Source of the DNA: Takakia lepidozioides
Taxonomy: Eukaryota; Plantae; Bryophyta
Assembly (NCBI GenBank): GCA_030704615.1
Contig: CM060732.1
Coordinates: 59,334,001 to 59,398,000 of the forward strand
DNA length: 64,000 nt
Direction: 5' to 3'
This document shows, piece after piece, positions 1 to 26,399 of the stretch. Both the position numbers and the translations under genes were made by a program. The notes under the pieces were generated by a model, which saw only the letters and a program-made list of their open reading frames with translations, did not search any database and was not told the origin of the DNA. Position 1 is the first letter of the stretch. The number at the start of each line of letters is the position of its first letter.

Positions 1-10
1 TGTCGCAAAA

Positions 11-495
11 GGTGGTGGAAAATAAGATGTCGTTGACAACACCTTAATACCTCCAACCTGCACACGCACCGCCATGAAAGTTTTGTTCAGGTGGTCGGAA
101 TTAAGATGTCATTGACGACATCTTAATCCCCCCGACCTACACACGCACCGCCTTGAAAATTCTGTTGAGGTTGTTGGAATTAAGATGTCGTTGACGACAC
201 CTTAATCCCCCCTGCCTTCAAAGTTTTGTTGGATTTCTGTTTTTTCCATTTTTGGGCCATAATCTGAAAAGACATGTGGCAGCAGTTGGTGGGATTTAAG
301 ATGTCGTTGACGACACCCTAATCCCCGCGACCTGCACACGTATCGGCTTGAAAGTTTTGTTGGATTCAAATTTTCTGGTTTTTTGGAATTTTTCATGAAA
401 TGTTTGTGGCAAGAGGAGGTGGGAATTAAGATGTCGTTGACGACACCTTAATCCCCCCCCACCTGGACACACACCGCCTTCAAAGTTTTTTTGGA
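11..495. repeat. Degenerate tandem repeat (units ~80-130 bp), each with a palindromic core GGAATTAAGATGTCGT-TG-ACGACACCTTAATCCC
   Basis: Five cores start at ~17, 97, 176, 291 and 422. Each is a 16-bp imperfect inverted repeat with a 2-nt loop. The intervening sequences resemble each other. Probably TE subterminal repeats or a satellite cut by the window edge. Confidence 0.8.
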
Positions 496-631
496 CTCAA
501 TTTTTTGGGTTCATTGTTTTTGGAGAAATTTTTCTGCGATTTTGTTTTGTCCTCCACTTCTCATGTTCTATCCTCCTCCACCATAATTCCGGCGCCAGGG
601 GATTATTCCTCTTCCTCTCCCGGTTTAGCGT

Positions 632-1051
632 TGTTAAGGGGAATGTCGTCGGCAGATGAGCCTGGCTAAGAAGAAGGAATCTCACGAAGAGGACACAACT
701 GAATCACACATCCATACAACTTTCATACAACACTCAAGCACGGCGCCTCACACAGTACGTGCAGACATCAGATGAAAACCACCCTTTCTGCCACGACAGA
801 GGGGTTTAAATAGTATTAGGGCATAATCTAATCATAGCGCCACGCGGCACATATATATAAGCTTTCTAGATGTTGTTCCAGCCTGACCATAGAAAGAGGC
901 CACATCATCCAGTTCCATCCTAATCTGATCCTAAACTAGATGTTAGAATAAGACAACATATAATAAAGCCTTAAGCTATTGCCAACTCCTCCTCATGCAT
1001 TAGGTAGAAGTTCATCCAGACTACATCCTAACTCCATCCATCCCTTTGACA
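632..1051 (-). mobile_element. Possible solo LTR / LTR remnant
   Basis: TG...CA ends with short inverted termini (TGTTAAGGGGA / TCCCTTTGACA) and a TATA-like CTATTTAAACCCC on the minus strand. No matching TSD found. Confidence 0.4.
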
Positions 1052-1134
1052 TCCCGCGTTCATCCTCCCATCATCCATCCTTCATTCATCTAAGGCGAAA
1101 AAGTAGGCGAGGGGGAATCCCATCTTCACAGAAG

Positions 1135-1402
1135 CATAGTTTTGTTTTTTAAAATTCGGAAAATAGCACGAGTGGCTACAAAGTATATTCTGTTCATCCA
1201 TTCAAAATAGGACAGAATCATTCACATCTATACTTTCATCCATTAATATCATCCATATTTGGTGAATTCATCCATAAGTTTTATTTGTTTTGGAGAAATT
1301 TGGCGATTTCATCCATGAAAAAACATGGAATTTGCTACATAATATTCTTTTCTATTTTTTGAGGTCGCCATTTGGCGAAAATTCGCCAAAAAAAAAACGC
1401 TG
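1135..1402. mobile_element. Non-autonomous hAT-like MITE (268 bp)
   Basis: Perfect 8-bp TSD CACAGAAG at 1127-1134 and 1403-1410. CA..TG termini with imperfect TIR (CATAGTTTT / AAAACGCTG). Internal TTCATCCAT repeats. Confidence 0.75.
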
Positions 1403-2529
1403 CACAGAAGTGCCTAACTTATTGCTCGAAAATTGTGAAAAACACCAAAATGTCCAAATATGTGGAAAAAATGCCTGCAATTTATAATTTCATGTCGACA
1501 CAACTTCCAAAGGGTACTGCATTATGCAACTACATCTTCATACCTATCTCATGTGAATCTTCTGAATCTGGGAGAATGTTTTTTAAAAGAAAATTACCTC
1601 AACAATAGTTTTTGAGGGAGGTAAAAAACAACTGTTCATTATTATCCAGGGTAGACTGTAATACATGCCTAATGTTTATTACCTAGGTGAGGTGCTTAAA
1701 TAATAAAAACGAATCTGCCTAATAATATTCCATTTTTATTAATTATTAGGCGCGGAAGTGCCTAATAAGCTAGGTCCGTACGGTATGTTCTAAATGCCAG
1801 TGTTTATGAAATCGTCACCACATCTTTCAACAATTCATCTGCTTTCACAGATCTTGAACTTTCCAAGGAGTTTCTACCTTCTGCTCCTGTCATTTCTGAC
1901 TTCAGATAAGAGCTTTAACATACTGAGGCTAAACCCTGTCTATGCTACACAAGTGTTTTGTTTGTTCAAAGCAGTAACATGCTGTGTTAGTAGAACCTGT
2001 ACCTTCTTCTGAGAGGTTACGCCCTGGACTGCGTGTCTGAATGTAGGACCTTGATGTTTTTATGTCTATCTCAGCGTATGATACATGCAAGATTCCCTAT
2101 CATGTTCCTCATGAGGACATTGTATCGGACTCCTCAGTGGATGCAGCATCTGGCACCGTGAAGTTCTGATTACCTACATGCAGACACACCTCTCTCCTGC
2201 ATTCCAATGTCTGGCACCAATCTCCTCTCACCTCTCATATGAATCCATCCTTGCAAGCTCAACTTGATAATAACAAACATCCCAACTACCAGAAGTGAGG
2301 CCAGCCTGATTTTGGGCTCAATGGCCAGCATTACTCCCCTCCATCTTCACTCTGTACTAACTTGGCCTGACCATAAAATTTTATGAAAAACAGAAATTGA
2401 CACCCCAATGATTCAATGATCATTACTTGCAATATATCACAAAGCTAATTCCATATTGTATTGATTCAAGTTTTACGCTATGTTTTCCGTTAATATATAT
2501 AGATATATATGTGTGTGTGTGTGTGTGCT

Positions 2530-2548
2530 GGGTTTTAGGGTTTTAGGG
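2530..2548. promoter_or_regulatory. Telo-box-like element (TAGGGTTT) upstream of the helicase ATG, next to a (TA)/(TG) microsatellite
   Basis: GGGTTTTAGGGTTTTAGGG ~90 bp upstream of the ATG at 2628. Telo-boxes are typical of plant translation and RNA-processing gene promoters. Confidence 0.5.
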
Positions 2549-2627
2549 AGTTGCAAGGAGACGATAGACAAGAGGGGGAGGAAGAGCAATTGAGAGTGGA
2601 AGGGGGATGTAGCGACTGTTGCTTGCA

Positions 2628-16703
<14,076 letters not shown>

Positions 16704-17688
16704 TATTGGACTGGCCTTTTGTATTCTAGTTTTGTTCGAGTACTCGGCAACCAGCGAGGCGTTGTTAGCTATGCTACATGGAAGATGGTTCTGGGAGAAG
16801 CCTCAAGTATGCCAGAGAGGCCGGAGTAACAATTGACTTGATTTTTACAATTTGAAAGTAGATAGTGATGACCTATTGCACCTGCAGGCCAGGGAAGAAA
16901 AGAAAGAGGGGTTAAAAACACCTCAGAGTTTGCTCTTGTACAATGTTCGATTATATGAAGGCCTGGAGATCTAACAATTGGAGACTCTGGGTTGGGTAAT
17001 GACCAGGCGAGATGGTCAAAGCTTTGGGGAATTTGCAGGCAATTTAAGGGAGCTAGTGGAAGGATACTTGGTGCAATGGTGGCTGTGGCTTCTCAGCACA
17101 CATGCATCCTCTCATCCTATGTGACTGAAGATGAAGGGAGAGTGAAAACAGAACTTCGGAGTGCATACCTGAACATGTAGTTGGGTGAATTCTGATGAGG
17201 CGGTTAAATGAAGTGATTAAATTAAATGATCTGCAATTGATTTGGATATGTTTGGAGGCATTATCCCCAGGAGAATTTTCAATGTGTTTGCTTGGAAAGG
17301 GCTACACTTCTATTGAAATATATATAATCCCTGTATATAATCCCTCAAACCAGGAAGTTGTACCTTCAATGAATCTGAAATTTCCAACCAAGCTCTTATT
17401 TCATAGCACTTGAGGCTCCAAGCTAATAAGAGCTTGTTGTCTTGCCTCAAGCTCTTCACATCCAGAGGGGCTGCCAGCAAAACTATTTCCATGTCCAAAA
17501 TGATACCTCTTGCCACCAGGCACTAGAAATTGCAAAGGATGTCTCCAGGCACTGGCCCTGGTTGTGTAGTCCATTTTACACTGGTCAGCACAATGGTAGA
17601 ATCCAACAGAATGTCTAGGACCACTAACAACTTATTGTCTTTGCCTCAAGCACATGCCAAAAATGCGGCACAATCAGCACAACCAAAC

Positions 17689-18601
17689 CAGTGTTGGGCG
17701 GTTACCCGCCGGGACCCAGGTTAACCGCCGGTTCAGGTTAACCGGAACCGGACCCGGGCCCATTCCTGCAGACCCTGACCCGGAACCGGAACCTGCCAAT
17801 GGGGATCGGCACAGAACCGAACCGCGGTTCCTGCTGGGTGTGAGAACGGGAGAACTTGGGAAGGGGGATAAAAACAGGTTCCAGTTCTTGAACCCTTGGT
17901 GGGCCCTTGGCATAACATGTGGAGACATCCCTATAGCTCATCAGCCCCCAAAACCTCGATTGTCCCACCATTGACTGGGTCACTTCTCCTTGTCTCTGTA
18001 GAGCTGTCTCTGTAGAGCTGGTGGCCCATGGCAAAACTTCTGTAATGCTCTCAAGCTCCATGAGATCCCGGGTTCAATGCTTGAAGGCCATGAGATTCTA
18101 TGTTCAATGCTTTAGCGCCATGAGATCTTGGGTTCAATCTCCAGCTCCATGATATCCTTGTTAAGTTCATTAATCAAAATGTTTGAAGATGCCAATACTT
18201 GCCAGGTAGCTGAATAGTAATTTCAACCCATAAAATTTTACCCATTTTCTTCTACCAGTTTATTTAGAGTATTTTTGTTTGTTTTTTTAATGTTAGTGAA
18301 AACTAATAAAATCGTTGGATTTTAGTTCAAATATGTGAATACATTGCTATTTAATCTACCGGACTGATAAAATATTTTAAATCTAAATAAATTAAACAAA
18401 TGTATTTTAAAAATAGAACAGGAACCTAACAGGGAACTGGTGGTTTTTATCAGCAACTAACCGGTAACCGGAACCGCCGCCATGTTTAAAAGTTGGATCC
18501 GGAACCAAACCGGAACCGGCTCAATAAAAAAAACCGGAACCGGATCCGGAACCGTCTCTTGAAATAATTGTGGAACCGGAACTGAAGGTTCCTTCACACT
18601 G
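17689..18601. mobile_element. Non-autonomous hAT element (913 bp)
   Basis: Termini CAGTGT...ACACTG and a perfect 8-bp TSD AACCAAAC (17681-17688, 18602-18609). Many GGAACCGG subterminal repeats and an internal ~30-bp tandem repeat at ~18058-18150. Confidence 0.88.
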
Positions 18602-19405
18602 AACCAAACGTTCTCTGCTTTTGAAGCACGCCTCAGTTAGAAGAAAAACCTATTCAAGAGATTCAATAATAACATCTGAAAAAATTCTATCCATCATTGT
18701 GGTCAAGGCAACTCCAGTATTGACGTACTTGCTAAGCTTAATGTGTACCAATGAAACCAAAGAATCACTGAAGAGTCATATGTTACTTGACTCCACAGTA
18801 GCAAGACATCCTGCAGAAGCTCATAAACCAAGTATCACACCTGCTGCAAAGGAAAAAGAGATCTACATGGTCTGCATGAAGCAGTTGAACACTATCATGT
18901 AGAGGGCTACTGCACTCCTGAGGTGTACTACACATTGCCTGGTCCCACCAAAGGACACTGTTTTCTTGGCTCCACAATTCCGAACACCTCCCCCGCATGC
19001 TTGTGCCAGAGAGAGGATACGAGTTGGCCATATAACATTGAGGACCATCTGTGAATGACTATCCTTGCAAAGCTGGTCGTGGGGTTTTCACCAACTGTCG
19101 AATGAAACTCCAAGGTTGCCTTGAGCATACCCTGGTGCCAATCCAGTCATCTAGGTGAGTTCCTCATATCAAAACAATTCTCCATCTCAGCATTATTAAT
19201 CTACAAGTTTGCCGCAGCAACAACAGAGTAGACTAGCCCTCTGGGCTGTAATTGCACTGTCCATGGAACCTCAAAAAACCACAATGTAGCGAGTAGGTAT
19301 ACAAGAGCTACAGCAGTGACTGAAAACTTTGCCAGGCCACATCATTGACTCCTCAAGAAAAACAGAGCATAATCAGAAGACAACTACACGAAATATGTGG
19401 TGCTT

Positions 19406-21676
19406 TCAGATAAGAGTGCAGGCCAATGCTGTAGACACAATCACTCTTCTGGCTTCCGAGTTGTCATGGAGAACTGAGAGGAGAGCCCTCTGCTTTTCTG
19501 GAGATGCAGATTCATTCACTGCCTTCCCAGTGTAAAATGGACTACACAATAGGGCGAGTGCCTGGAGACATCCTTTGCAATTTCTAGTGCCTGGTGGCAT
19601 GAGATATCATTTTGGACATGGAAATAGTTTTGCTGGCAGCCCCTCTGGATGTGAAGAGCTTGAGGCAAGACAACAAGCTCTTATTAGCTTGGAGCCTCAT
19701 AAGTGCTATGAAATAAGAGCTTAGTTGGAAATTTCAAATTCTTTGAAGGGTCAACTTCCTGGTTTGAGGGATTACATAGAGCACAGATGTATTTCTATAT
19801 AAGCCCTTTCCAAGCAAACACATTGAAAAATCTCCTGGGGATAATGCCTTCAAACATATCCAAATCAATTGCGCATCACTTAATTGAATCACTTCATTTA
19901 ACCGCCTTGTCAGAATTCACCCAACTATATGTTCAGGTATGCACTCCGAGGTTCTGTTTTCACTCTCCCTTCATCTTCAGTACGCACAGATAGGATGCAT
20001 GGATGCATGTGTGCTTCTCAGCCACAGCCGCCATTGCACCAAGTATCGTTCCACTATCCTCAGCTCCCTTAAATTGCCTGCAAATTCCCCAAAGCTTTGG
20101 CACCTAATTCGCATGGTCATTACCCAACCCTCGCTGGTTGCCGAGTACTTGAACAAAACTAGAATACAAAAGGCGAGTTCAATACTAGTCGCTCTGCCCT
20201 TCCCTTTGGGCATCTTCTGGGCTCCAGCTGCATCAATCCACATCAAACATTCCATCATATCCATGTACTAGAGAGCCATTTCTTCATTACCGTCTCCCTA
20301 CAACACTGCAATGACAGGCATGTGTCACATCTGGGGAGTAGACACGCAGTCTCAAAATCAACATTGTATCTTCTAGCATGAGGTGTTCATTGTCCATTCC
20401 CAGCACCCCAAGTCTTCTTGCTGCACTAGTGCTATGACAATTGGAGTCTCACATTCCCGACCCTGGTGGGAAGAAACCCCACAACTGGCTACAGGGAGGG
20501 TTGATAATCTGGGGACCATACCGTCAGGGCTACAAATCATAGCCAGCAATATTCAATGGGTACATTTTCTCTCAATAGTCGTCCACACCAGGGATGGCCT
20601 CTCAGGCCACCGCAACAAGTCTACATTTCTCATAAAGCTAAAAGACTACCTAAATCTGTCGCTCAGGCAAGAGATACAAGACATCACAAACTCATCTTGC
20701 TACCTGCAAAGATGACTAGGAAGTACCCAGGACAACTTACAAAAAAAATTAACAAGCTGGAAAACTACAAGTTATTGCATTGAGGTAGAAGGTCCAACAG
20801 CGTACCATCTTCCACATCCTTAAGCTTGTAATAGTGAGGTGCAATCTCAACCAACCAATCAGGCTCACTTCAATCACCTGCAATCTCTCCAACAAATAAA
20901 GACTGAAACTTACAGCGTGATGGATTCAGCATCCTAGGTAAGTACTCACTAAAGCATGTGCAGCAGTACAACGCGAGAATATGCTTTGCAAAGACACACC
21001 ATATGTTAAGGTAAAATACCTGCCGCATGTATTCCCGGAGATGCAGATTCATTCACAGCCTTTCCAATTGAATCCTTTTCCAGCGCATCTTTTTTGCGAA
21101 ACAGAACTGCGGAGTCCTCTGCACCATCATTCATTCAGAACTAGCAGATTATGCCTCCCAGTTCCAGGCCAAATTTCCAACGATTCTCATGCTAAGCGAA
21201 ATATGCAAGCAACGTGCTTATTTGGACCTCTCTATCTCGAAAACTTAATCGGGGTGAGTAGTTAAGCCTAAAACGACGTACCATGTGAAAGAAACGTAGG
21301 TTGCACTGGATAAATGGATTTACACCGGCTGAAGTGGCAGAAGCCCGTTCAAGTTTGGATAACACCAGTCAATCATTGCATTTTGTAAACCCTCAGCTCA
21401 ATCCATCATTGAAACCTGCAGGTTCTACACATGAACATGTGTGACCCTTCAAGTAGGGAGGTTCTTAGAGCACGTACTTGCAACCTGCGCGTCGATCCAT
21501 TGCTTAACAATCAGCGCAGCGCCAATACCGGCTCCGCTGAGAGCTCCATACAAAGCAATCGCCTTAGGCCAGGACCTGCGTGGCAAGAAGTAAAACTCTG
21601 GAACTAATCTGACTTTCAACTTGGGATCTTTCTCCAGATCTTTCCAGCTTTCTGCTTCTCTCTCCACATTTCTCAT
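19406..21676 (-). CDS. Small single-transmembrane protein (putative, ~96 aa; exon 1 21676-21478, candidate exon 2 19497-19406)
   Basis: Exon 1 reads MRNVEREAESWKDLEKDPKLKVRLVPEFYFLPRRSWPKAIALYGALSGAGIGAALIVKQWIDAQVA, with a hydrophobic segment, a GTACGT donor and a telo-box upstream. Exon 2 is inferred from a phase-compatible CAG acceptor and is uncertain. Confidence 0.55.
19527..21035 (-). pseudogene. Inverted, intron-containing partial duplicate of the helicase 3' end (source 16263-17584)
   Basis: Contains the end of exon 25, exons 26-27, their introns and the 3' flank. It has a 1-nt deletion in exon 26, a 6-nt deletion that removes the stop codon, a ~230-bp deletion and a ~400-bp insertion (~20288-20691). 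Flanked by a 26-bp direct repeat (19500-19525, 21037-21062). Confidence 0.9.
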
Positions 21677-22519
21677 GCTGATCTCCCTCCGTTTTTCCAA
21701 ACCCTAGCAACAGACACTAAACCCCATCGTCCCATGTTCCCGCAACGCTCCCAAAAGTTTTGAACGGTTCCCATCATGAGGACGACCTCCAAATATACGT
21801 GGCAGATGAGGTCCTCCTCTATTCATGGCCTGACATGGATGTGGATGGAATTCATCCATACCTGAAGCGAATTTATAGCCTGCGACCTGACTCAGCCTGT
21901 CCAGCAAAACAAATAGAAAAGTCTTTAAACCTCCAGCCTGTAGAATTTTCAGAAAACGGCGGGGTCCCATATTTGGGCCGACCGTCGACGTGGCAGGGAG
22001 CGTAGGTACTCCCCTCCAATGCAAAGTCTGCGGTGGGGCCGTGTGGGGCACGTGGCAATCCCAAAATTTAGCTGGAAAATCTTGTCTGAGGTGGCAAATC
22101 ATCCACTGGTTTCAGGCCAAATTTATTTTGAACATAAATGATGATCTACTCTACACCTGTATTTTCCTTGAATTTTTAATTTTTTCTGGCTCATGGCTTT
22201 CAATGTTTTCACCAAAGGAATTTCAAGAATTCGCAAAATTTGCCTGTTTTGTCTGCAGGGTGGACTCCAGTGTTGTATTATATATCTACATATGTTCAGG
22301 TGTTTTGTGGGCCCAACAGACTCGCTCCCCCTCTCTCGCTTCCCCTGCGCGCGCCCCGGGCCGGCTCACCCCAGCAGACTGACCCCACCCTGCGCGGGGC
22401 GAGCATTGGTTGACTTGCTTAGGTGCATATGTAGAGGGGTATGAAAGGGGCAGGTGTGGTGGTGACTGACTAACTTCAGTTATTTGCAAGGAGCGGGGCC
22501 GAGTAACCATCCTTGAGTC

Positions 22520-23630
22520 CTTTACCTTCAGAGAGGTGATGACCTGCTCCCTCGCATGCTAGGGGGTGGCACTATCTGTTGTCATTTAGCCTTGCTTATT
22601 CTTGGTCCACTGCATGCAGCCATTATGAGGTCTAGCTTTGCCACCAGTGTGGTCAATTGATTTTGTGCCAGTCTTCGGGTCTGATTGGAATCAATCAGGC
22701 TAGATACTAGATGTTGTAGAGGTGTTCATTCACCTTCTGAGAGAAGTGCTGAAGTGGTTCATAGTGATACATGTGGTAGGGGTGATGAAGCATGGATGTT
22801 GAGCGTGAGATCTTGACAATTGGTTTGTAATGGGATGGGAAATAAAACTGGTCTGACCAGTCCATACAAAGGGCATATCCACTTTCAGAACTTCTTTCTG
22901 TGACAGCCAAGTAAAGTGACTTCCTACCTGATGAATTGACCATGAGGTCACAACATCGGTGGCCCCTGAAAAAGGTTTCCTCAGGTGTCTTCATCTCCTT
23001 GATTGCCCTCTGCTACCATCTCCTCTTTGAACCCATGGAATCCATACTTTATTTCATTAACTTGCTCATCAACATACCCTGCACATGTTCAACTATGGGC
23101 TTTTTGACATGGAAGGTCACCAAGTTCACTGTTCCACAAACTCTTGTCACAGAAGTGATTGAGAACTTATTGGAAGAGGTAAGGTTTTTGTGTATTGCTG
23201 TCTGTGAGCATATGGATATTGAACTTCTCCCATTTTTTCCATGTCCCTCTTCCTCTATGTGTCAGTGCACGTCACTATTGGCTCGAGTGTAAAGCATACC
23301 TCATTCATCATTCAACGTTACCATTAGTCATGCATCCAGCAAGGCTCAGGAACTTCAGCTTTCAGCTTATGAAGCCTGGATAAATTGTTGCTATGTTGGG
23401 GTAATCTTTTTTCTTTTGCACGGGGAAGACTCTCGTCAGTTTGGTGCAGCAAATTTTGATCAACAACTTGTTAGTATGGTTGGATGTAGCATAATTGGGA
23501 AGCTGGTGGTAGAAGTGCCCAGTGCAAGTATTGGAGGTTTTGAGTGTATTATTGTTGTTTGTGATCGAGGAATGGATGTCCAGAAGGTAATGATGAGCGT
23601 TGATAAAGTTACCTGGTTTCCATTATAATG
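22520..23630 (-). mobile_element. Highly degenerate LTR-retrotransposon (Ty3/Gypsy pol-like) remnant
   Basis: Stop-riddled minus-strand translation with weak resemblance to the RT/RNaseH connection region. No intact motifs. Confidence 0.25.
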
Positions 23631-23639
23631 TGGTCGTCA

Positions 23640-24100
23640 CTGCTTCATAAGCAGTGGTAAATGAAGGGCTCCTTCATCCAATCGTCCCGGAGTGATATCA
23701 TGATCTTCACTTAGGGAGTCATAGTAGTGTCTGCCTTCATCCTCTAGGCCAGCATAGCTACATGCAAAAAGAACATATAGATGTGATACTGTCCAGCTTC
23801 AAGCCATGATCTACTTACATTTCTTTCCCTAGTTGCCCTCCCTTTGCTCCTGGATTCTCCCGCATTTGGCATACATGTCCATGAGGATATTGTACGTCTG
23901 ATACAATCCAAGGTTTGATGATATCACCATGCCTCAGGGCTACCAGCCCATACGCATTGCAAACAAACACAACAAAGGTGAAATGGTCTGGCTTCAGTCC
24001 TTCCCACAACGACATTTGCTCATAGATCCTTGCATTCCAGGTCATTACATTCAGTTGGGCCATGTTGTAAATGCTCCAATTCCAGCTTTCACAATGTCGG
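23640..24100 (-). pseudogene. Degenerate PLS-type PPR gene fragment
   Basis: Motif remnants NVMTWNA, GLKPDHFTFV and ACSYAGLEDEGRHYYDSL, with frameshifts. Confidence 0.55.
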
Positions 24101-24469
24101 CATGGACCTCGGTGCTCTTTCCCATGGGACCCATGCATTGCAAATGCAAACAAACGTGAGTCAGTTAAGTATGTTGCATCCCTGCATCATCAAAACCTTT
24201 GTCACAAAACACAACAAAACAACACAACAAACAACACGCACCAAAACCACAGTACGAAAGTAACCATGGTTGGGTGACTGCGTCTCGCACCTCGACAGAC
24301 CTTATCCACTCCGTCTGCACAAGCGTCAGCTCTGCATTCCGCACGAATTCGAGTTTTGGACCTATTTTGTGCGTGGTGCGTGATTCTTTTTTTAAGGTTC
24401 TCGACTGTTGCGTGAGTAGTTGAGAATGGATGCATGGCTATTTCTGTGCAATAGTATGTGACTCCAAGC

Positions 24470-25072
24470 ATGGCCTGTGTAGCGAGAAACGCAGCCATTC
24501 GGCCCTCCACATCTTACGCTTCTGCGCTCTCGTCAATTTCTTCTTCTGCAAGTTTGAGACCCTGGAATTTTTCTAGGAAGGTGCACGGGCAAGGGTGGCT
24601 TGTTGTGTATGCAGTGCAGACCCCACAAGGAGGACCGAAAGGATTCGGTTCTCCTCCCAAAAAGAAGGAGCAGCCAGGAAAGAATTTGGACAATCTTTCT
24701 CGTCCAGTTCGGGAAGCTGAGGCAGAAGAGGACGAAGAGGATGAAGAGGATGAAGTGATCCCAGAGGTAGTGACCAATCGTATGCTGAAGCGCATTGCCT
24801 TCACGGTGGGGATGCCGATGGCTGCAGGTGTCCTGTTTTTCCCACTCTTCTATTACCTGAAGGTGGTGCGCAAGGTGGATGTGCCGGAGTGGCTGCCGCT
24901 GATCACGTCCATGGTTACCTTTGGCTCTGCGGGTTTGGGCATCACATACGGGGTGCTGTCGACCAGCTGGGACCCGCTTCGGGAGGGCTCATTGGTGGGC
25001 TGGAAGGAGGCACAGCTGAACTGGCCAGCGTTCCAACAGACTTTGCTGGGCAAAGATGGCAAATCAAAATAG
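24470..25072 (+). CDS. PAM68: Chloroplast PSII assembly factor PAM68 (DUF3464), single exon
   Basis: S/A-rich transit peptide, KGFG motif, acidic stretch, IPEVVTNRM, two TM helices and YGVLSTSWDPLREGSLVGWKEA. Start placed at ATG 24470 because an in-frame TAG lies at 24452-24454. Confidence 0.88.
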   Translation: MACVARNAAIRPSTSYASALSSISSSASLRPWNFSRKVHGQGWLVVYAVQTPQGGPKGFGSPPKKKEQPGKNLDNLSRPVREAEAEEDEEDEEDEVIPEVVTNRMLKRIAFTVGMPMAAGVLFFPLFYYLKVVRKVDVPEWLPLITSMVTFGSAGLGITYGVLSTSWDPLREGSLVGWKEAQLNWPAFQQTLLGKDGKSK

Positions 25073-25986
25073 ACCCTACCCCATTCCATAGAGATCCAGT
25101 CTCAATTGCTTAGCACTCATTGTGGGCTCTTTGCTATGTACCATTTGCAATATTTGAAGATTTTTTTGTATATGTCCATCCAGTTAACCAATGGGTTATA
25201 AGGTTGATCTGAGCTTTGAGTTGTAAACTACGTAGCCTGATTTGGACCCAGCAGTGCAATGTGTGGAAGGACAGTTTTGGTGTGGAAGGGTTTGATTGCT
25301 GTGGATGGCATTGCACATAGATAGCGGTTTTCTTACAGACTGTGTCTGCAACAATGCTGCACATGCTTACCACTTGTGTTAGGCCTATCTGAATCATCCT
25401 GAGTTATCGTGGCATGAGAGGCTTTGCACTGCTCAAGTAACAGGAGACACATGAGATTATTGAAAACGTGTCTGTTTGTGTTGTAAACTGTCAACTTTAG
25501 AGACAAGCAGAACTTCCACGGGTCACACCGAGATGTTCGAAAACGTCTCAAAAATTGCTCCCGCTGGTCTCCTTTGGGCCTCTTGGGGACATGCTAGATT
25601 TTTTCTTTCTTGCTCTCTCCTCTCTCTCTCTCTACCTTTCCTGATGGGACCTTGTGGAGGTCTTTCGCTCTCTCTCTTGTTTCCTTGGACCTATTTTGTG
25701 GTTGTTCATACATTTCTCTCTTCCTGTTTCCTGCTCGGAACTTGGTGGATGTACTAAATTTTCCCTGTTTACTTCAAGAGTATGTGGCCTGAAGGCATAG
25801 TCTACTGTGGAAATCTTTCATTCTTCTCAGGAACATTTCTCTCTCTTGTGTTCTGCATGCAGTTAAGCTACATCTGTCCACTCCTCTGGGCTTTTGGCAG
25901 TGCAGTTTGCCCTCTAAGTCACCAGATGAAACTTCATTTCTTTTTTTCTTCTCTACCTCTCAAGTTATTTCTTTGTCTGTTCTGCT

Positions 25987-26046
25987 CAAACTGGGCGCGG
26001 GGTCAATGGCCACAAGGCTACGGCAAACAACGTCTTATGAGTACAA
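25987..26046 (+). mobile_element. Ultra-short (60 bp) LINE-A insertion
   Basis: Only the terminal 60 nt of LINE-A, flanked by the 17-bp duplication TCTTTGTCTGTTCTGCT (25970-25986, 26047-26063). Confidence 0.9.
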
Positions 26047-26399
26047 TCTTTGTCTGTTCTGCTGACCAATAAACTTCTTGGTACTGCTGTGGGCATTGTG
26101 AAGTTTTCTGTGTCTTTTGCCCACAAGAATGGTGATGTCCAGAGGAGATGGCCTGCACATTCATGTGAGACAATCTTTTGAAGGACCCACTAGGCTTGTG
26201 CACATTTGCAGAAATTGGGGTGGATGCCAACCTCTCTGCAACTTTGAATCATTCTATTTGCAACCCAGTTTTATTTGCAACCAGAATTTCACATGTAAGA
26301 TTGATCAAATTGTCCTTGGTTCTGATCCCTGTTCTGTGTTTTCTAGTAGTCCTGCCATGTCCCATACCTCAGGCAAATTCTCTCTCTCCGGGGCTCCTC

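Noticed and set aside
11-495. CRISPR-like array (palindromic repeats with spacers)
   Set aside because: The spacers are homologous to each other and vary in length, there are no cas genes, and the context is plant nuclear DNA.
1640-1785. Tc1/pogo-like terminus (...GCCTAATAAGCTAGGTCCGTACGG-TA)
   Set aside because: No matching opposite TIR was found in the window.
19527-21035. Second functional helicase paralogue
   Set aside because: Only the last 2.3 exons are present, with a frameshift and a lost stop codon.
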